From positions 1-52,276 of the IMG/VR virus record IMGVR_UViG_3300017909_000880: a stretch of DNA of 52,276 bases; one strand, 5' to 3'. The stretch comes from a virus (taxonomy: Duplodnaviria > Caudoviricetes). Positions within the stretch are counted from its first letter, which is position 1, and every line of letters starts with the position of its first letter. The notes under the pieces are model-generated. The model was given only the letters and a program-made list of their open reading frames with translations. It had not been told where the DNA came from and made no database searches. A program made the position numbers and the translations under genes. This document shows positions 27,480 through 36,184 of the stretch, one piece after another.

Positions 27480-29316
27480 AAGCGATTGGGTCGCTCCTGA
27501 CATACTGCCACGTTTCGATCCTAACGAAACGTTAGCCGTTGATTTAGAAACTTACGATCCAAATCTGACGAACCGTGGGCCAGGATGGGCCACAGGTGAC
27601 GGGCACGTTGTAGGTGTAGCTATTGCATCGGACAGCTGGTCAGGATACTTGCCAATCCGACATGAAAACGGTGGTAATTTAGAGGAGGAAGTTGTCTTAC
27701 GTTGGCTCAAAAGAACGTTTGAGAATCATAAAGGTACGATGGTTTTTCATAATTCACTTTATGACGTAGGTTGGTTAAAACGCGAAGGAGTCAACTTGAC
27801 ATGCCCTCTCCGCGATACGATGTTCGCAGCTCCGCTGTTCGACGAAAACCGTTGGTCATACTCCCTAAACAATCTCGGTTTGGATTTTTTAGGGGAAACT
27901 AAAGATGAAACGTTACTTGAGATGGCCGCTAAAGCATGGGGCGTAAACGCAAAGAGCGGTATGTGGTCGCTCCCTGCTAAATACGTTGGGTCATACGCTG
28001 AACAAGATGCAGTGATGACTCTTAAACTGTGGAAGATATTTAAGAAGAGGATCGAGATTGAAGGATTACAAAAGATTTTCGACCTCGAATGTGACCTCAT
28101 ACCTTTGCTGATCGAGATGCGATGGCGAGGTGTTCGGATCGACACAGCTAGAGCAGAGCACGCCTCGGAGCAAATGTCTAAGAAAGAACAGCAGTTGCTC
28201 GTAGAAATGAAACGTAAGTTCGGAACGTCGATCGATATCTGGGCGAGCGCGTCGATACAAAAAGCATTCGACGCTAACGGAATCTGGTATCCGCATACAG
28301 CGAAAGGCGCACCTAGTTTCCAAGGGCCGTGGCTCGAAGCTCACGAACACGAACTACCGAAGATGATCGTCGAAGCTCGGAAGATTAATAAAGCTCGGAC
28401 GACATTTATCGAAGGAGCGATCTTAGAGTATTCACATAACGGTCGGATACACGCTGAAGTTCACCCGCTGAAGAACGACGATGGGGGAACAGTGACTGGG
28501 CGGTTTAGTTATTCCAACCCAAATTTACAACAGATCCCTGCTCGAGACCCACAGATCGGCAAGATGATCAGGTCGTTGTTTATTCCAGAAGAAGGGGCAA
28601 CGTGGGGGATTTTCGATTACTCTCAACAAGAACCTAGAATTACGGTTCACTACTCGTCGTTGCTCGGACTTCCAGGAGCAGCTGACGCAGTCAACGCATA
28701 CTCTAACGAAGGTGCTGACTTTCACCAGATCGTAGCAGATATGGCAGGGATACCTCGGAAACAAGCTAAAGACATCAACCTCGGCCTGACTTACGGGATG
28801 GGTAGAGAAAAGTTGATTAGAGAGTTAGGACTAGAGCAAGACGAAGCTGCTAGATTGTTAGAAGTCTACCACGCAAGAGTTCCTTTTGTTCGAGCGATGC
28901 AAGATAGATGTACTCGGACTGCTCAAGAACGAGGATATATAACAACTCTCGGAGGTCGGAAATGTCATTTTGATTTATGGGAGCCAGTCGGATATTTAGC
29001 TGACGAAAAGAAAACACCGTTACCTGAACAAGAAGCTCGAGACCAGTATGGAAATAATCTCAAACGATCGTTTACATATAAAGCTCTGAACAAGCTAATT
29101 CAAGGATCAGCCGCAGATATGACGAAGTTAGCGATGCGAGAGCTGTGGAAAGAAGGCATGGTGCCGCATATACAGATCCATGATGAACTCGACTTCTCGA
29201 TATTTAATAAAGAACAATCGGAGATGGTAATAGATAAAATGGTCAACTGTGTCGATATGAGAGTACCGTTGGTAGTAGATTACGAATCAGGAGATAACTG
29301 GGGAGAAGCAGTATGA
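27454..29316 (+). CDS. polA: Family A DNA polymerase with 3'-5' exonuclease
   Basis: VDLET, HNSLYD, YAEQDA (Exo I-III); TGRFSYSNPNLQQIP, DYSQQE (A), KDINLGLTYG (B), HDEL (C). Confidence 0.96.
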   Translation: MQIPLIQPESDWVAPDILPRFDPNETLAVDLETYDPNLTNRGPGWATGDGHVVGVAIASDSWSGYLPIRHENGGNLEEEVVLRWLKRTFENHKGTMVFHNSLYDVGWLKREGVNLTCPLRDTMFAAPLFDENRWSYSLNNLGLDFLGETKDETLLEMAAKAWGVNAKSGMWSLPAKYVGSYAEQDAVMTLKLWKIFKKRIEIEGLQKIFDLECDLIPLLIEMRWRGVRIDTARAEHASEQMSKKEQQLLVEMKRKFGTSIDIWASASIQKAFDANGIWYPHTAKGAPSFQGPWLEAHEHELPKMIVEARKINKARTTFIEGAILEYSHNGRIHAEVHPLKNDDGGTVTGRFSYSNPNLQQIPARDPQIGKMIRSLFIPEEGATWGIFDYSQQEPRITVHYSSLLGLPGAADAVNAYSNEGADFHQIVADMAGIPRKQAKDINLGLTYGMGREKLIRELGLEQDEAARLLEVYHARVPFVRAMQDRCTRTAQERGYITTLGGRKCHFDLWEPVGYLADEKKTPLPEQEARDQYGNNLKRSFTYKALNKLIQGSAADMTKLAMRELWKEGMVPHIQIHDELDFSIFNKEQSEMVIDKMVNCVDMRVPLVVDYESGDNWGEAV

Positions 29317-29522
29317 GAATACGAAGCCTCAGTCAAGAAAAAATTGCTAGTAACGAAGAGTATTACTCCACCGTTTACAAACTGTGGGCAGAAGGAAAGA
29401 CGCTTCGAGAGATCGGAGAGCGGTTCGGTGTAACCAAACAACGAGTATGGCAGATCGTAGAGAGGATGAAAGAAGGCAACGGAGACTATTACTATAAACA
29501 TCGTAATAAGGTCGCCTCTTGA
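29313..29522 (+). CDS. Sigma70 region 4-like HTH protein
   Basis: TLREIGERFGVTKQRVWQI. Confidence 0.8.
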   Translation: MRIRSLSQEKIASNEEYYSTVYKLWAEGKTLREIGERFGVTKQRVWQIVERMKEGNGDYYYKHRNKVAS

Positions 29523-29797
29523 TTTTTCCAGGTGATTGGAACCACGTTGCTCTTCAGACCGACGATGAAGAAGTCAACCAGATATTTGAAATGATCCACG
29601 AGTGGTTAACCGAAGCGCATAAATCGGACATAGATATGTTCGAAATCTATCAAGCAATGACTTTAGTCGGAGTAGTAAATGTTTTTCATATGTGTGGACC
29701 AGAAACAAAAGAAGCTGATCAGTTTTTGAGCGAGTTGAAACAGATTGTTTTTATGCTCTTAGATCATTTTACTGAAGAAGAACAAATCAAACATTGA
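29519..29797 (+). CDS. Hypothetical acidic protein
   Basis: TTG start overlapping the upstream stop; fills the gap. Confidence 0.5.
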   Translation: MIFPGDWNHVALQTDDEEVNQIFEMIHEWLTEAHKSDIDMFEIYQAMTLVGVVNVFHMCGPETKEADQFLSELKQIVFMLLDHFTEEEQIKH

Positions 29798-29804
29798 GAT
29801 CGAC

Positions 29805-30215
29805 ATGGCGAAAGAAGCATCCCTCTGGGCATTATTAAAAGAGCATCTACCGAAAGAGGCTCACTTTCAACGGATCGAGACAGGAGGAACAGGGAAAGGG
29901 GTGCCTGATGTCAACTATTGTTATGAAGGCAAAGAGGTCTGGATCGAGCTCAAGTCGATCGAAGGATTAAAATCTACTCTGACTCCGTTTCAGATAGCTT
30001 GGATTTACAACAGATATCGAAGCGGAGGCAATACTTTTATCCTGATGAGAAAGATAAACACTAAGAAGAAACAGATTAAATTATTTTCTCCATCTCAAGG
30101 ATTAAGTTTGAAAGAATTAGGAGATTTGAATTGGAAAACAGATTCTTTAGTTACTCTGGAGATTCCGTACAAATGGGAGGAACTCTTCGACGCTATCGAA
30201 CTTTACTCTGATTAG
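29805..30215 (+). CDS. PD-(D/E)xK nuclease, VRR-NUC / Holliday junction resolvase-like
   Basis: E..L, GVPDV, WIELK, Q.AW motifs. Confidence 0.8.
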   Translation: MAKEASLWALLKEHLPKEAHFQRIETGGTGKGVPDVNYCYEGKEVWIELKSIEGLKSTLTPFQIAWIYNRYRSGGNTFILMRKINTKKKQIKLFSPSQGLSLKELGDLNWKTDSLVTLEIPYKWEELFDAIELYSD

Positions 30216-30247
30216 TGCTTTACTTTCGTAAACCTCGCGGTTAAGGT
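30212..30247 (+). promoter_or_regulatory. Sigma70-like phage promoter, copy 3
   Basis: TTAGTGC-TTTACT-N17-TAAGGT. Confidence 0.78.
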
Positions 30248-30316
30248 ATTAAAAGTAGCGCCGTGACAGCGTTACGACAAAACTTAGAAAGTAGAACTTA
30301 CATAAGGAGACTACCT

Positions 30317-31366
30317 ATGGTAGCAGCAGTAGAAAGTATGGCTTGGACAGGCCAAGTCCCTTGGCACGGAGAAGGCGTTGAAGTATCTAACGACCTTACT
30401 CCTCACGAGATGATGGTTGCGGCAGGACTTGACTGGTCTGTCAGTAAGCGACCAACTTGGACTTCCGCGAAGCCTATTGACCAATACGAGAAAGATGCCG
30501 ACGGTAATATCGCGCTCGAACTATTAGAAGACCCTAATCGGTTTACGATAGTACGCGACACCGATAACGCGATCCTTTCCTCATGCGGGTCAGGCTATAA
30601 GCCAATACAAAACGAACGCATCTTCGACTTCTTTGCGAAGTTTGTCAAAGAAGCTAACGTGAGTATGGAGACCGCTGGTAGCCTACGCGGTGGTAAAGAT
30701 GTGTGGGCGTTAGCCAAACTAAACGAAACGTTTGAACTTCCTGGCGGTGACGAGATTAACGATTACTTTTTGTTTCGTCAACCTCACGAAGCCGGACACG
30801 CTATGATCATACGCGAGACCGAAATACGCGTCGTATGTAATAACACTTTGCAGTTCGCGTTAGGCCAAGCATCTCGCGGTGAGTTCCGTATGACACACAA
30901 TACAGAGTTTACCGATGATATCGCTAAGAAAGCAGCCGAAGCGTTAGGGCTTATGAAAGAGTCTCACCAAAACTTCCAAGATGCCGCGCACTTACTTGCG
31001 TCTAAAAAAGCCAAGCACAGCGACGTGCTTGAATTTATCACCCGCCTTAACCAACCTGACTTATATCAAGAACAACTTCATCAAGCTCGGTTGTTACAAG
31101 AAGGTAAGAAAGTTGGCGAGATAACCCCGTTACGCGATCAGTTTACGAAATACTCTGAACTAACGGTACGTGCTTTAGAAGAATCTCCAGGAGCCACTAT
31201 GAAATCTTCTAAGGGCACATGGTGGGGCGCACTTAACGCAGTAACTTTTGTCGAAGACCATCAGCGTAGCGGCGAGAACCGAGCGTACAGCACGATGTTC
31301 GGTGAAAGCTCCAAGCGTAAATCAAGAGCACTTAACCTTGCTATTGAATACGCGGAGGCAGCATAG
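30317..31366 (+). CDS. DUF932-family phage/plasmid protein
   Basis: PWHG.G, AGLDW.V, ETAGSL.GG..VW.LA, IRVVCNNTL, GTWWGALNAVT; RBS AAGGAG before ATG30317. Confidence 0.85.
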   Translation: MVAAVESMAWTGQVPWHGEGVEVSNDLTPHEMMVAAGLDWSVSKRPTWTSAKPIDQYEKDADGNIALELLEDPNRFTIVRDTDNAILSSCGSGYKPIQNERIFDFFAKFVKEANVSMETAGSLRGGKDVWALAKLNETFELPGGDEINDYFLFRQPHEAGHAMIIRETEIRVVCNNTLQFALGQASRGEFRMTHNTEFTDDIAKKAAEALGLMKESHQNFQDAAHLLASKKAKHSDVLEFITRLNQPDLYQEQLHQARLLQEGKKVGEITPLRDQFTKYSELTVRALEESPGATMKSSKGTWWGALNAVTFVEDHQRSGENRAYSTMFGESSKRKSRALNLAIEYAEAA

Positions 31367-31656
31367 TGGGGGACGTCAAAAAACTGTACAACGCTGTGGT
31401 AATAGACCAAGAGTTGATCAGCCAGATTTGGTACACTCTAGATGCACTAGGAGACCCTGACGTTCTGTCGGGGTCTCTTGATAGCTTCACCGAATTACAA
31501 GAAAACTCTAAAACTTTAGCTAGTATTCTTGCAGTTAAGATGGCGCAGCAAGATTGTGGTTTAGGTGACGGTGTTATTTCTTTTGATTCCGAGTCCCTTG
31601 AAAGATGGCTGTCCCATGTTAAAACTTATCGAAGGATTGAGGAAAACTTAGCGTGA
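31366..31656 (+). CDS. Hypothetical protein
   Basis: GTG start coupled to upstream stop, RBS GGAGG. Confidence 0.55.
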   Translation: MGDVKKLYNAVVIDQELISQIWYTLDALGDPDVLSGSLDSFTELQENSKTLASILAVKMAQQDCGLGDGVISFDSESLERWLSHVKTYRRIEENLA

Positions 31657-31892
31657 ATATGAACAATACAACCGATGTTCGTGAAGATTTGATTTCTCTT
31701 GAAGCAGAAGTAACAATCTTACGCAATGATCTGAACAAGATGAGCAACCGATGTGCAACTTTAGTTGACATGCTAAACATCTTGCTTCAAGAGAAAAGCG
31801 TGATTATTGAGAATGCTTTCAAGGAAGATAATCAAGTAGAGATGTTCGATACCGGAGAACCAACATCTGCTTACGTCAACCAGGATCGTTAG
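31653..31892 (+). CDS. Hypothetical coiled-coil protein
   Basis: Coupled ORF; stop abuts promoter copy 4. Confidence 0.55.
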   Translation: MNMNNTTDVREDLISLEAEVTILRNDLNKMSNRCATLVDMLNILLQEKSVIIENAFKEDNQVEMFDTGEPTSAYVNQDR

Positions 31893-31928
31893 TTAGTGCT
31901 TTACTTTCGCTTTAGTCTTTAGTAAGGT
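31893..31928 (+). promoter_or_regulatory. Sigma70-like phage promoter, copy 4
   Basis: TTAGTGC-TTTACT-N17-TAAGGT. Confidence 0.78.
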
Positions 31929-31987
31929 AGTAGTTGCTGGTATAAACCAGCTAGAAAGTATAACGTCATCATAGAAAGGAGAATGAC

Positions 31988-32380
31988 ATGGCAACAGCCA
32001 AAAAAGCAGCAGCACCAGCTGCGAAGAAAAAAGCAGCCCCTGCTAAAAAAGCAGCGGCGACCGTAACAACAATTACGGTGAAAGCACCTGAAACCACGAA
32101 GCGTGGTCGAGTGGCGCAGAAGTTTGCATACACGGGTAAAGAACTTTCGGAGACGAAAATCAAAACCCCGCAGTTTCAAGCTCTTGTTATTTCGATGCAA
32201 GATATCGAAAGCAAAGAGTTTGATCCCAAAAACTTCACCATGCAAGAAGTTGTTGATCTAGGTGTTGAGGAAGGGCATATCAGTATGCCTAACACTAAAA
32301 ACCCAGAAAAACAAAAGAAGCGCATTATCGCGTGTTACAAAAAAGCCCTGATCGAAGAAGGGTTTATTGTTTCACTCTGA
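31988..32380 (+). CDS. Putative DNA-binding protein with histone H1-like AK-rich N-terminus
   Basis: AKKAAAPAAKKKAAPAKKAAA tail; RBS AGAAAGGAG; own promoter and downstream hairpin. Confidence 0.7.
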   Translation: MATAKKAAAPAAKKKAAPAKKAAATVTTITVKAPETTKRGRVAQKFAYTGKELSETKIKTPQFQALVISMQDIESKEFDPKNFTMQEVVDLGVEEGHISMPNTKNPEKQKKRIIACYKKALIEEGFIVSL

Positions 32381-32386
32381 TAGATC

Positions 32387-32407
32387 GGGGGCCACGGCCC
32401 CCATTTT
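32387..32407 (+). terminator. Probable intrinsic terminator
   Basis: GGGGGC-CACG-GCCCCC then ATTTT, just after the stop. Confidence 0.55.
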
Positions 32408-32422
32408 CCATAGGAGAAAGAT

Positions 32423-33073
32423 ATGGAACTTGCACCATTTCCAGCTAGAGTTCGCAGTGTGTCCCACGCTTTATATAGAGCGGTTGATAACTTAGGCGGG
32501 ATCGATTTTGTTGATGCTGCTGACGTACTCCGAGAGTTAAAATCCTTTTGGACTCGACACGAATACATCGGCAATCCCCCTGCTAACCTCAATGAACTTC
32601 ATAAATGCATGAGGAAATCAGGTTCACCTTACATCCAGATAGACACCAGTTTGTCGAAATATAGGTACCGCATTGCACGTTACGAAGCGTATGCGGATAA
32701 AGAAGCTCCTGCGAGTTGGTCACGAGCCGTGTATACCAAAGCTCAAGTCGAGAAAGGAAAAGAAAAAGTTTCGCCCAAAAGAATGGCTAAAATTGAGAGG
32801 ATCATCGAAGATCCTTGGTCAGAGTTACGCCCTCCTCGAAGAAAGTCTCATACGAAACCTCGTTCAAATACTCGAATGAAATATAACTCTGAAGCGATTA
32901 AAACAATCGTCGAAGAGACCGCAAGGAAACATCCTCAGCTTGTTGAGAATGGGACGCCAGATTTCAAATCGAATTCTATGAATAAGATCGAGCGGCTGGC
33001 GATAATTTGCGGAGCAGCGTTTGTCATGGCAATGGTTGCTTTTACAGTTTCCGTGATCAAAGATCTGGTGTGA
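32423..33073 (+). CDS. Hypothetical protein with C-terminal transmembrane anchor
   Basis: RBS AGGAG; terminal LAIICGAAFVMAMVAFTVSVI. Confidence 0.65.
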   Translation: MELAPFPARVRSVSHALYRAVDNLGGIDFVDAADVLRELKSFWTRHEYIGNPPANLNELHKCMRKSGSPYIQIDTSLSKYRYRIARYEAYADKEAPASWSRAVYTKAQVEKGKEKVSPKRMAKIERIIEDPWSELRPPRRKSHTKPRSNTRMKYNSEAIKTIVEETARKHPQLVENGTPDFKSNSMNKIERLAIICGAAFVMAMVAFTVSVIKDLV

Positions 33074-33083
33074 GGTGAAAATT

Positions 33084-33218
33084 ATGACCAACTCTGAAAT
33101 ACAACGACGCATAGACGCGGTTCGCAAATGTGCCTACCGCGCTAAGGATCAGAAGATGAAGGTTTATTGGTACAACGTCGAATGGCATCTCAGAAATCCC
33201 GAGAGGCGTCTAGCGTAG
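33084..33218 (+). CDS. Small basic hypothetical protein (44 aa; not in ORF track)
   Basis: RBS GAGGTG; MTNSEIQRRIDAVRKCAYRAK...; its TAG is the start of promoter copy 5. Confidence 0.55.
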   Translation: MTNSEIQRRIDAVRKCAYRAKDQKMKVYWYNVEWHLRNPERRLA

Positions 33219-33250
33219 TGCTTTACTTTCGGGGTAATCGCCGCTACCTT
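33216..33250 (+). promoter_or_regulatory. Sigma70-like phage promoter, copy 5
   Basis: TAGTGC-TTTACT-N17-TACCTT. Confidence 0.72.
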
Positions 33251-33293
33251 TTAGTAGTAGGGGCTACCCGCGCCCCCATAGAAAGGAGAATAT

Positions 33294-33527
33294 ATGACAC
33301 CAGTAGAAAAACTTGCAGCGCTTGAACTTACCCCTGAGCAAGATAAAGCACTTAAAAAAGTGTTTCAACAACACGTTTTGGATAGCCAGCACCCAGACTT
33401 TGCGTACATGACGTTCAGCGATTGGGTTGTTAAACACGTGCATAAAGCATTTTTTGACGATTGCATTATGACCGCTGTGCCGAATATGTGGCTGGGTATA
33501 GAAACCAACGGGTATACTCACTCATGA
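33294..33527 (+). CDS. Hypothetical early protein
   Basis: RBS AGAAAGGAG; C-terminal MWLGIETNGYTHS. Confidence 0.7.
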   Translation: MTPVEKLAALELTPEQDKALKKVFQQHVLDSQHPDFAYMTFSDWVVKHVHKAFFDDCIMTAVPNMWLGIETNGYTHS

Positions 33528-33769
33528 GCTGGCGAGAGAAATACGATAGGCAGACCGATTTACTCGACGCTGCCTTCGAATTATTACCGCACGAGATTCA
33601 GCTTTGTTATAACGACGATTGTCGTTCATGGATCTCGGATGGCCCCGTGGAAGAATACGCCACGGTAAAATGTTTACAGTGTCAGATGCACAAAGTATTG
33701 TACAAAAAGATGCCTGAGATCTCTGACGAACTTTGGGATAGGCTCTTAGAAGATGCAGCTGATAAATAG
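33524..33769 (+). CDS. Hypothetical Cys-containing protein
   Basis: ATG33524 overlaps the upstream stop; CYNDDC and CLQC pairs. Confidence 0.5.
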   Translation: MSWREKYDRQTDLLDAAFELLPHEIQLCYNDDCRSWISDGPVEEYATVKCLQCQMHKVLYKKMPEISDELWDRLLEDAADK

Positions 33770-33798
33770 AATATCGGTGGGGATATTGAGTCAGGCGA

Positions 33799-33923
33799 CT
33801 GGTAGCGTCAGGCGAGTTCCTACCCCGCAGCAACGGGGATTTAGAGACATAGATACGATGAAGACGGTCCTCACCCTTCCTCTCCACGGAAGTTTTCATT
33901 GCCGCAATCGTATCGACTACCAG
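33799..33923 (+). ncRNA. Candidate structured RNA (unclassified)
   Basis: Nested stems CTGGTAG/CTACCAG, CCCCG/CGGGG, GATACG/CGTATC, ATGAAGAC/GTTTTCAT, CTTCC/GGAAG in an intergenic gap. Confidence 0.4.
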
Positions 33924-33952
33924 ACCATAAACTTAATAGAAAGGAGAACGAA

Positions 33953-34405
33953 ATGAAGGAATACAACTTCTTCTACGACTCTGGCCACGGCTGGTTAGAA
34001 GTGGAATTTAGCGAGCTGATCGAACTAGGGATCCACCAGAAAATTACTGCATTCAGTTACATTTCAGGATCGAAGGTTTACCTCGAAGAAGATTATGACG
34101 CTTGTACATTTTTCGTCGCGATAGAAGAACAGAAAGGTGTCGCCGCTGAGATCGATATCAAGTTCAAAATGCACGATGTTGATGATCCGTGGGTGACTAT
34201 AAACCCCCGTCAAATGAGATCATACGACCCGAACGTAGAGCACCAATGCAGTGTGTGTGACGGGCCGATCGACGTACAAAATAACGGCTGGGCGCACGGA
34301 CATAACGCACAGCCCCTCGCAGACGGACAGTGTTGCAGTAGCTGCAACATGATCGTCATCCAACAACGCTTAGAAGATGTAAGGAGTGCAGTAAATGACC
34401 GTTGA
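33953..34405 (+). CDS. Hypothetical two-domain early protein with C-terminal zinc finger
   Basis: RBS AGAAAGGAG; DSGHGWLEV..YLEED domain plus CSVC...GHNAQP...CCSSCN. Confidence 0.7.
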   Translation: MKEYNFFYDSGHGWLEVEFSELIELGIHQKITAFSYISGSKVYLEEDYDACTFFVAIEEQKGVAAEIDIKFKMHDVDDPWVTINPRQMRSYDPNVEHQCSVCDGPIDVQNNGWAHGHNAQPLADGQCCSSCNMIVIQQRLEDVRSAVNDR

Positions 34406-34622
34406 TGTTGATCGCTTACGCGAATTAAGTGACGCTATGCTTATCGAAAAACATTTCGGTGGGGATGAGCCTGAACCTGAAGAGGAGCCGTTATTAGAAC
34501 GGTTCCAAACATTGCTCTTAGAAGTTAGTGCACGGCTTTCCGATGACCGTGATTACGAAGAAGAGCTTCGCCCTAGATTAAGGGAGCTTATGGATTACCT
34601 CGAAGACACCCTCGACGAGTAG
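34395..34622 (+). CDS. Hypothetical acidic protein
   Basis: RBS AAGGAG; stop just before promoter copy 6. Confidence 0.65.
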   Translation: MTVDVDRLRELSDAMLIEKHFGGDEPEPEEEPLLERFQTLLLEVSARLSDDRDYEEELRPRLRELMDYLEDTLDE

Positions 34623-34627
34623 TCGCG

Positions 34628-34663
34628 TTAGTGCTTTACTTTCGCGGTAATCGTAAGTACCTT
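34628..34663 (+). promoter_or_regulatory. Sigma70-like phage promoter, copy 6
   Basis: TTAGTGC-TTTACT-N17-TACCTT, followed by hairpin CCGCGCC/GGCGCGG. Confidence 0.72.
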
Positions 34664-34719
34664 ATATATACCGCGCCGCCTACGGGCGCGGATAACTTAG
34701 AAAGAAGAAGGAAACAGAT

Positions 34720-35214
34720 ATGTCTGATAAATTTGACGAGCACGACCTCGAGTTTCGTGTATTCCGACCACACCTACAGTCGCTAGGATTCAGTAGTGAC
34801 TTCGCTGGTAAGTTACACAATTTCATGGAGGAGGCCCACGCTGAGTTGCGTACGATAGGTAATTCGATACCTGCCGAGACACTCGCAGCGTATCCCGAGA
34901 TCCTTAACCTAGCCATTACCTACGGTAAATGGCACCCCCGCTCCACCCCGATTGACGAGGATAGTGAGATAGCTTCGAAACATTACTTTCCCGAGGATTA
35001 CAAAGCTCGTACCAGATTGCTTGACCAGTGGTTACTTGAGGAGCGAGCGGAATACTCCTCCACTCGATACGGTTCTGATGCACTGAAAGTACATCGTATT
35101 GATAATTACCGCGACGAGCTTGCAGGTGAGATGGCAGCGTACCCGATGTTTCCGATTACGTTCGCCGACGAGGTCGACGATGACCGTAACATCGCGGACT
35201 ATGCAGATGCCTAG
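34720..35214 (+). CDS. Hypothetical acidic early protein
   Basis: RBS GAAGGA after promoter copy 6. Confidence 0.65.
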   Translation: MSDKFDEHDLEFRVFRPHLQSLGFSSDFAGKLHNFMEEAHAELRTIGNSIPAETLAAYPEILNLAITYGKWHPRSTPIDEDSEIASKHYFPEDYKARTRLLDQWLLEERAEYSSTRYGSDALKVHRIDNYRDELAGEMAAYPMFPITFADEVDDDRNIADYADA

Positions 35215-35446
35215 ACGCTATAAACCACTACCTAGGAGTCGGGCGAAAGCCCGACCCTTTCGACCATTGACTCTGACTATGCGTGTCGACGACCACCGAG
35301 AAAAATACCCTTCTCGATTACCGAAGACCGATTGTACTCAGAAGCCAGATACTCGACCGTCGTCCCGTGCGACGATCGCCCCAGCCTATAACAAAGGCGC
35401 TTACCAAGTGATACCCGACTCGGATATCGAACATATCGGGAGATGA
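35207..35446 (+). CDS. Hypothetical basic phage protein
   Basis: C-terminal TIAPAYNKGAYQVI...IGR motif; start overlaps upstream stop region. Confidence 0.6.
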   Translation: MPRRYKPLPRSRAKARPFRPLTLTMRVDDHREKYPSRLPKTDCTQKPDTRPSSRATIAPAYNKGAYQVIPDSDIEHIGR

Positions 35447-35447
35447 T

Positions 35448-35630
35448 ATGACGTATCGGAAACTGAAAGAAAAGTTGCAAACACTTACTGAAACACAACT
35501 TGACACTCAAGTGACGCTTGTCCAAAACGACGGAGAAGTGTTTATGGCAACGTTAGCCACTAAACCTCCACACGAGATCAGTGACATGTTAGACAGTGAT
35601 CACCCAGTAATTTTAGTGAGAAATAAATGA
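35448..35630 (+). CDS. Hypothetical protein
   Basis: RBS GGGAG; coupled to next ORF. Confidence 0.6.
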   Translation: MTYRKLKEKLQTLTETQLDTQVTLVQNDGEVFMATLATKPPHEISDMLDSDHPVILVRNK

Positions 35631-35839
35631 AGTATTACATAAGCCGATTGAAAACTGCGAACCTGTCGATCTCGACTGTCGTTAAACGACTGAAAGATTT
35701 CCGACCAGCCGAAGGTGAGCAGTATGTTGTTCGTACCAAAGCAGATCTAGATGCTGATTCTTTTTCCACGATCCCAGTCTACAGAGGTGTCGACGGAAAA
35801 CTTAAGAAAGAGAAAGACCATTTCGTGATGCTCTTTTAG
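35627..35839 (+). CDS. Hypothetical protein
   Basis: ATGA overlap; followed by a terminator. Confidence 0.55.
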   Translation: MKYYISRLKTANLSISTVVKRLKDFRPAEGEQYVVRTKADLDADSFSTIPVYRGVDGKLKKEKDHFVMLF

Positions 35840-35868
35840 TGTTTTACCCATACCCACTAACCGCGATT

Positions 35869-35891
35869 AGCCCACTTCGGTGGGCTTTTTT
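35869..35891 (+). terminator. Rho-independent terminator ending the early block
   Basis: AGCCCAC-TTCG-GTGGGCT followed by a T-run; C(UUCG)G tetraloop. Confidence 0.9.
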
Positions 35892-35894
35892 GTG

Positions 35895-36130
35895 CCTATT
35901 AGAAAGAGCGCTGATATTGTCTATTTAGAAAAAAAACTTTTTTTTATTTTTTTAACAAAAACGACTAATAAACTAATAGAAGTAATAGAGTGAGGAGAAA
36001 AGCCTCGTGGGACAAGGGACGGGGACCGTGGTGAGTGTGACTGAAAAGTAATAGAATCTATTAGAACTATTACTTCTGAAACAGAGAATAGAGTAGATAG
36101 GCCGCGAGCGAAATCTTTTCTTTTTTATAA
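35895..36130. repeat. AT-rich element with TAATAG/CTATTA iteron-like repeats; inverted homologue of 18561-18750
   Basis: Multiple CTATTA/TAATAG hexamers, A and T tracts, three colinear inverted matches to the 18.6 kb element. Confidence 0.7.
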
Positions 36131-36184
36131 AAATAATTATTTTTAGATTATAGTAGTGACCCACAGACCCCTCGGATTCACTGC

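Noticed and set aside
33753-33956. 67-aa ORF across the structured gap (also minus 33522..33899)
   Set aside because: No convincing RBS, atypical composition; the strong RBS belongs to ATG33953
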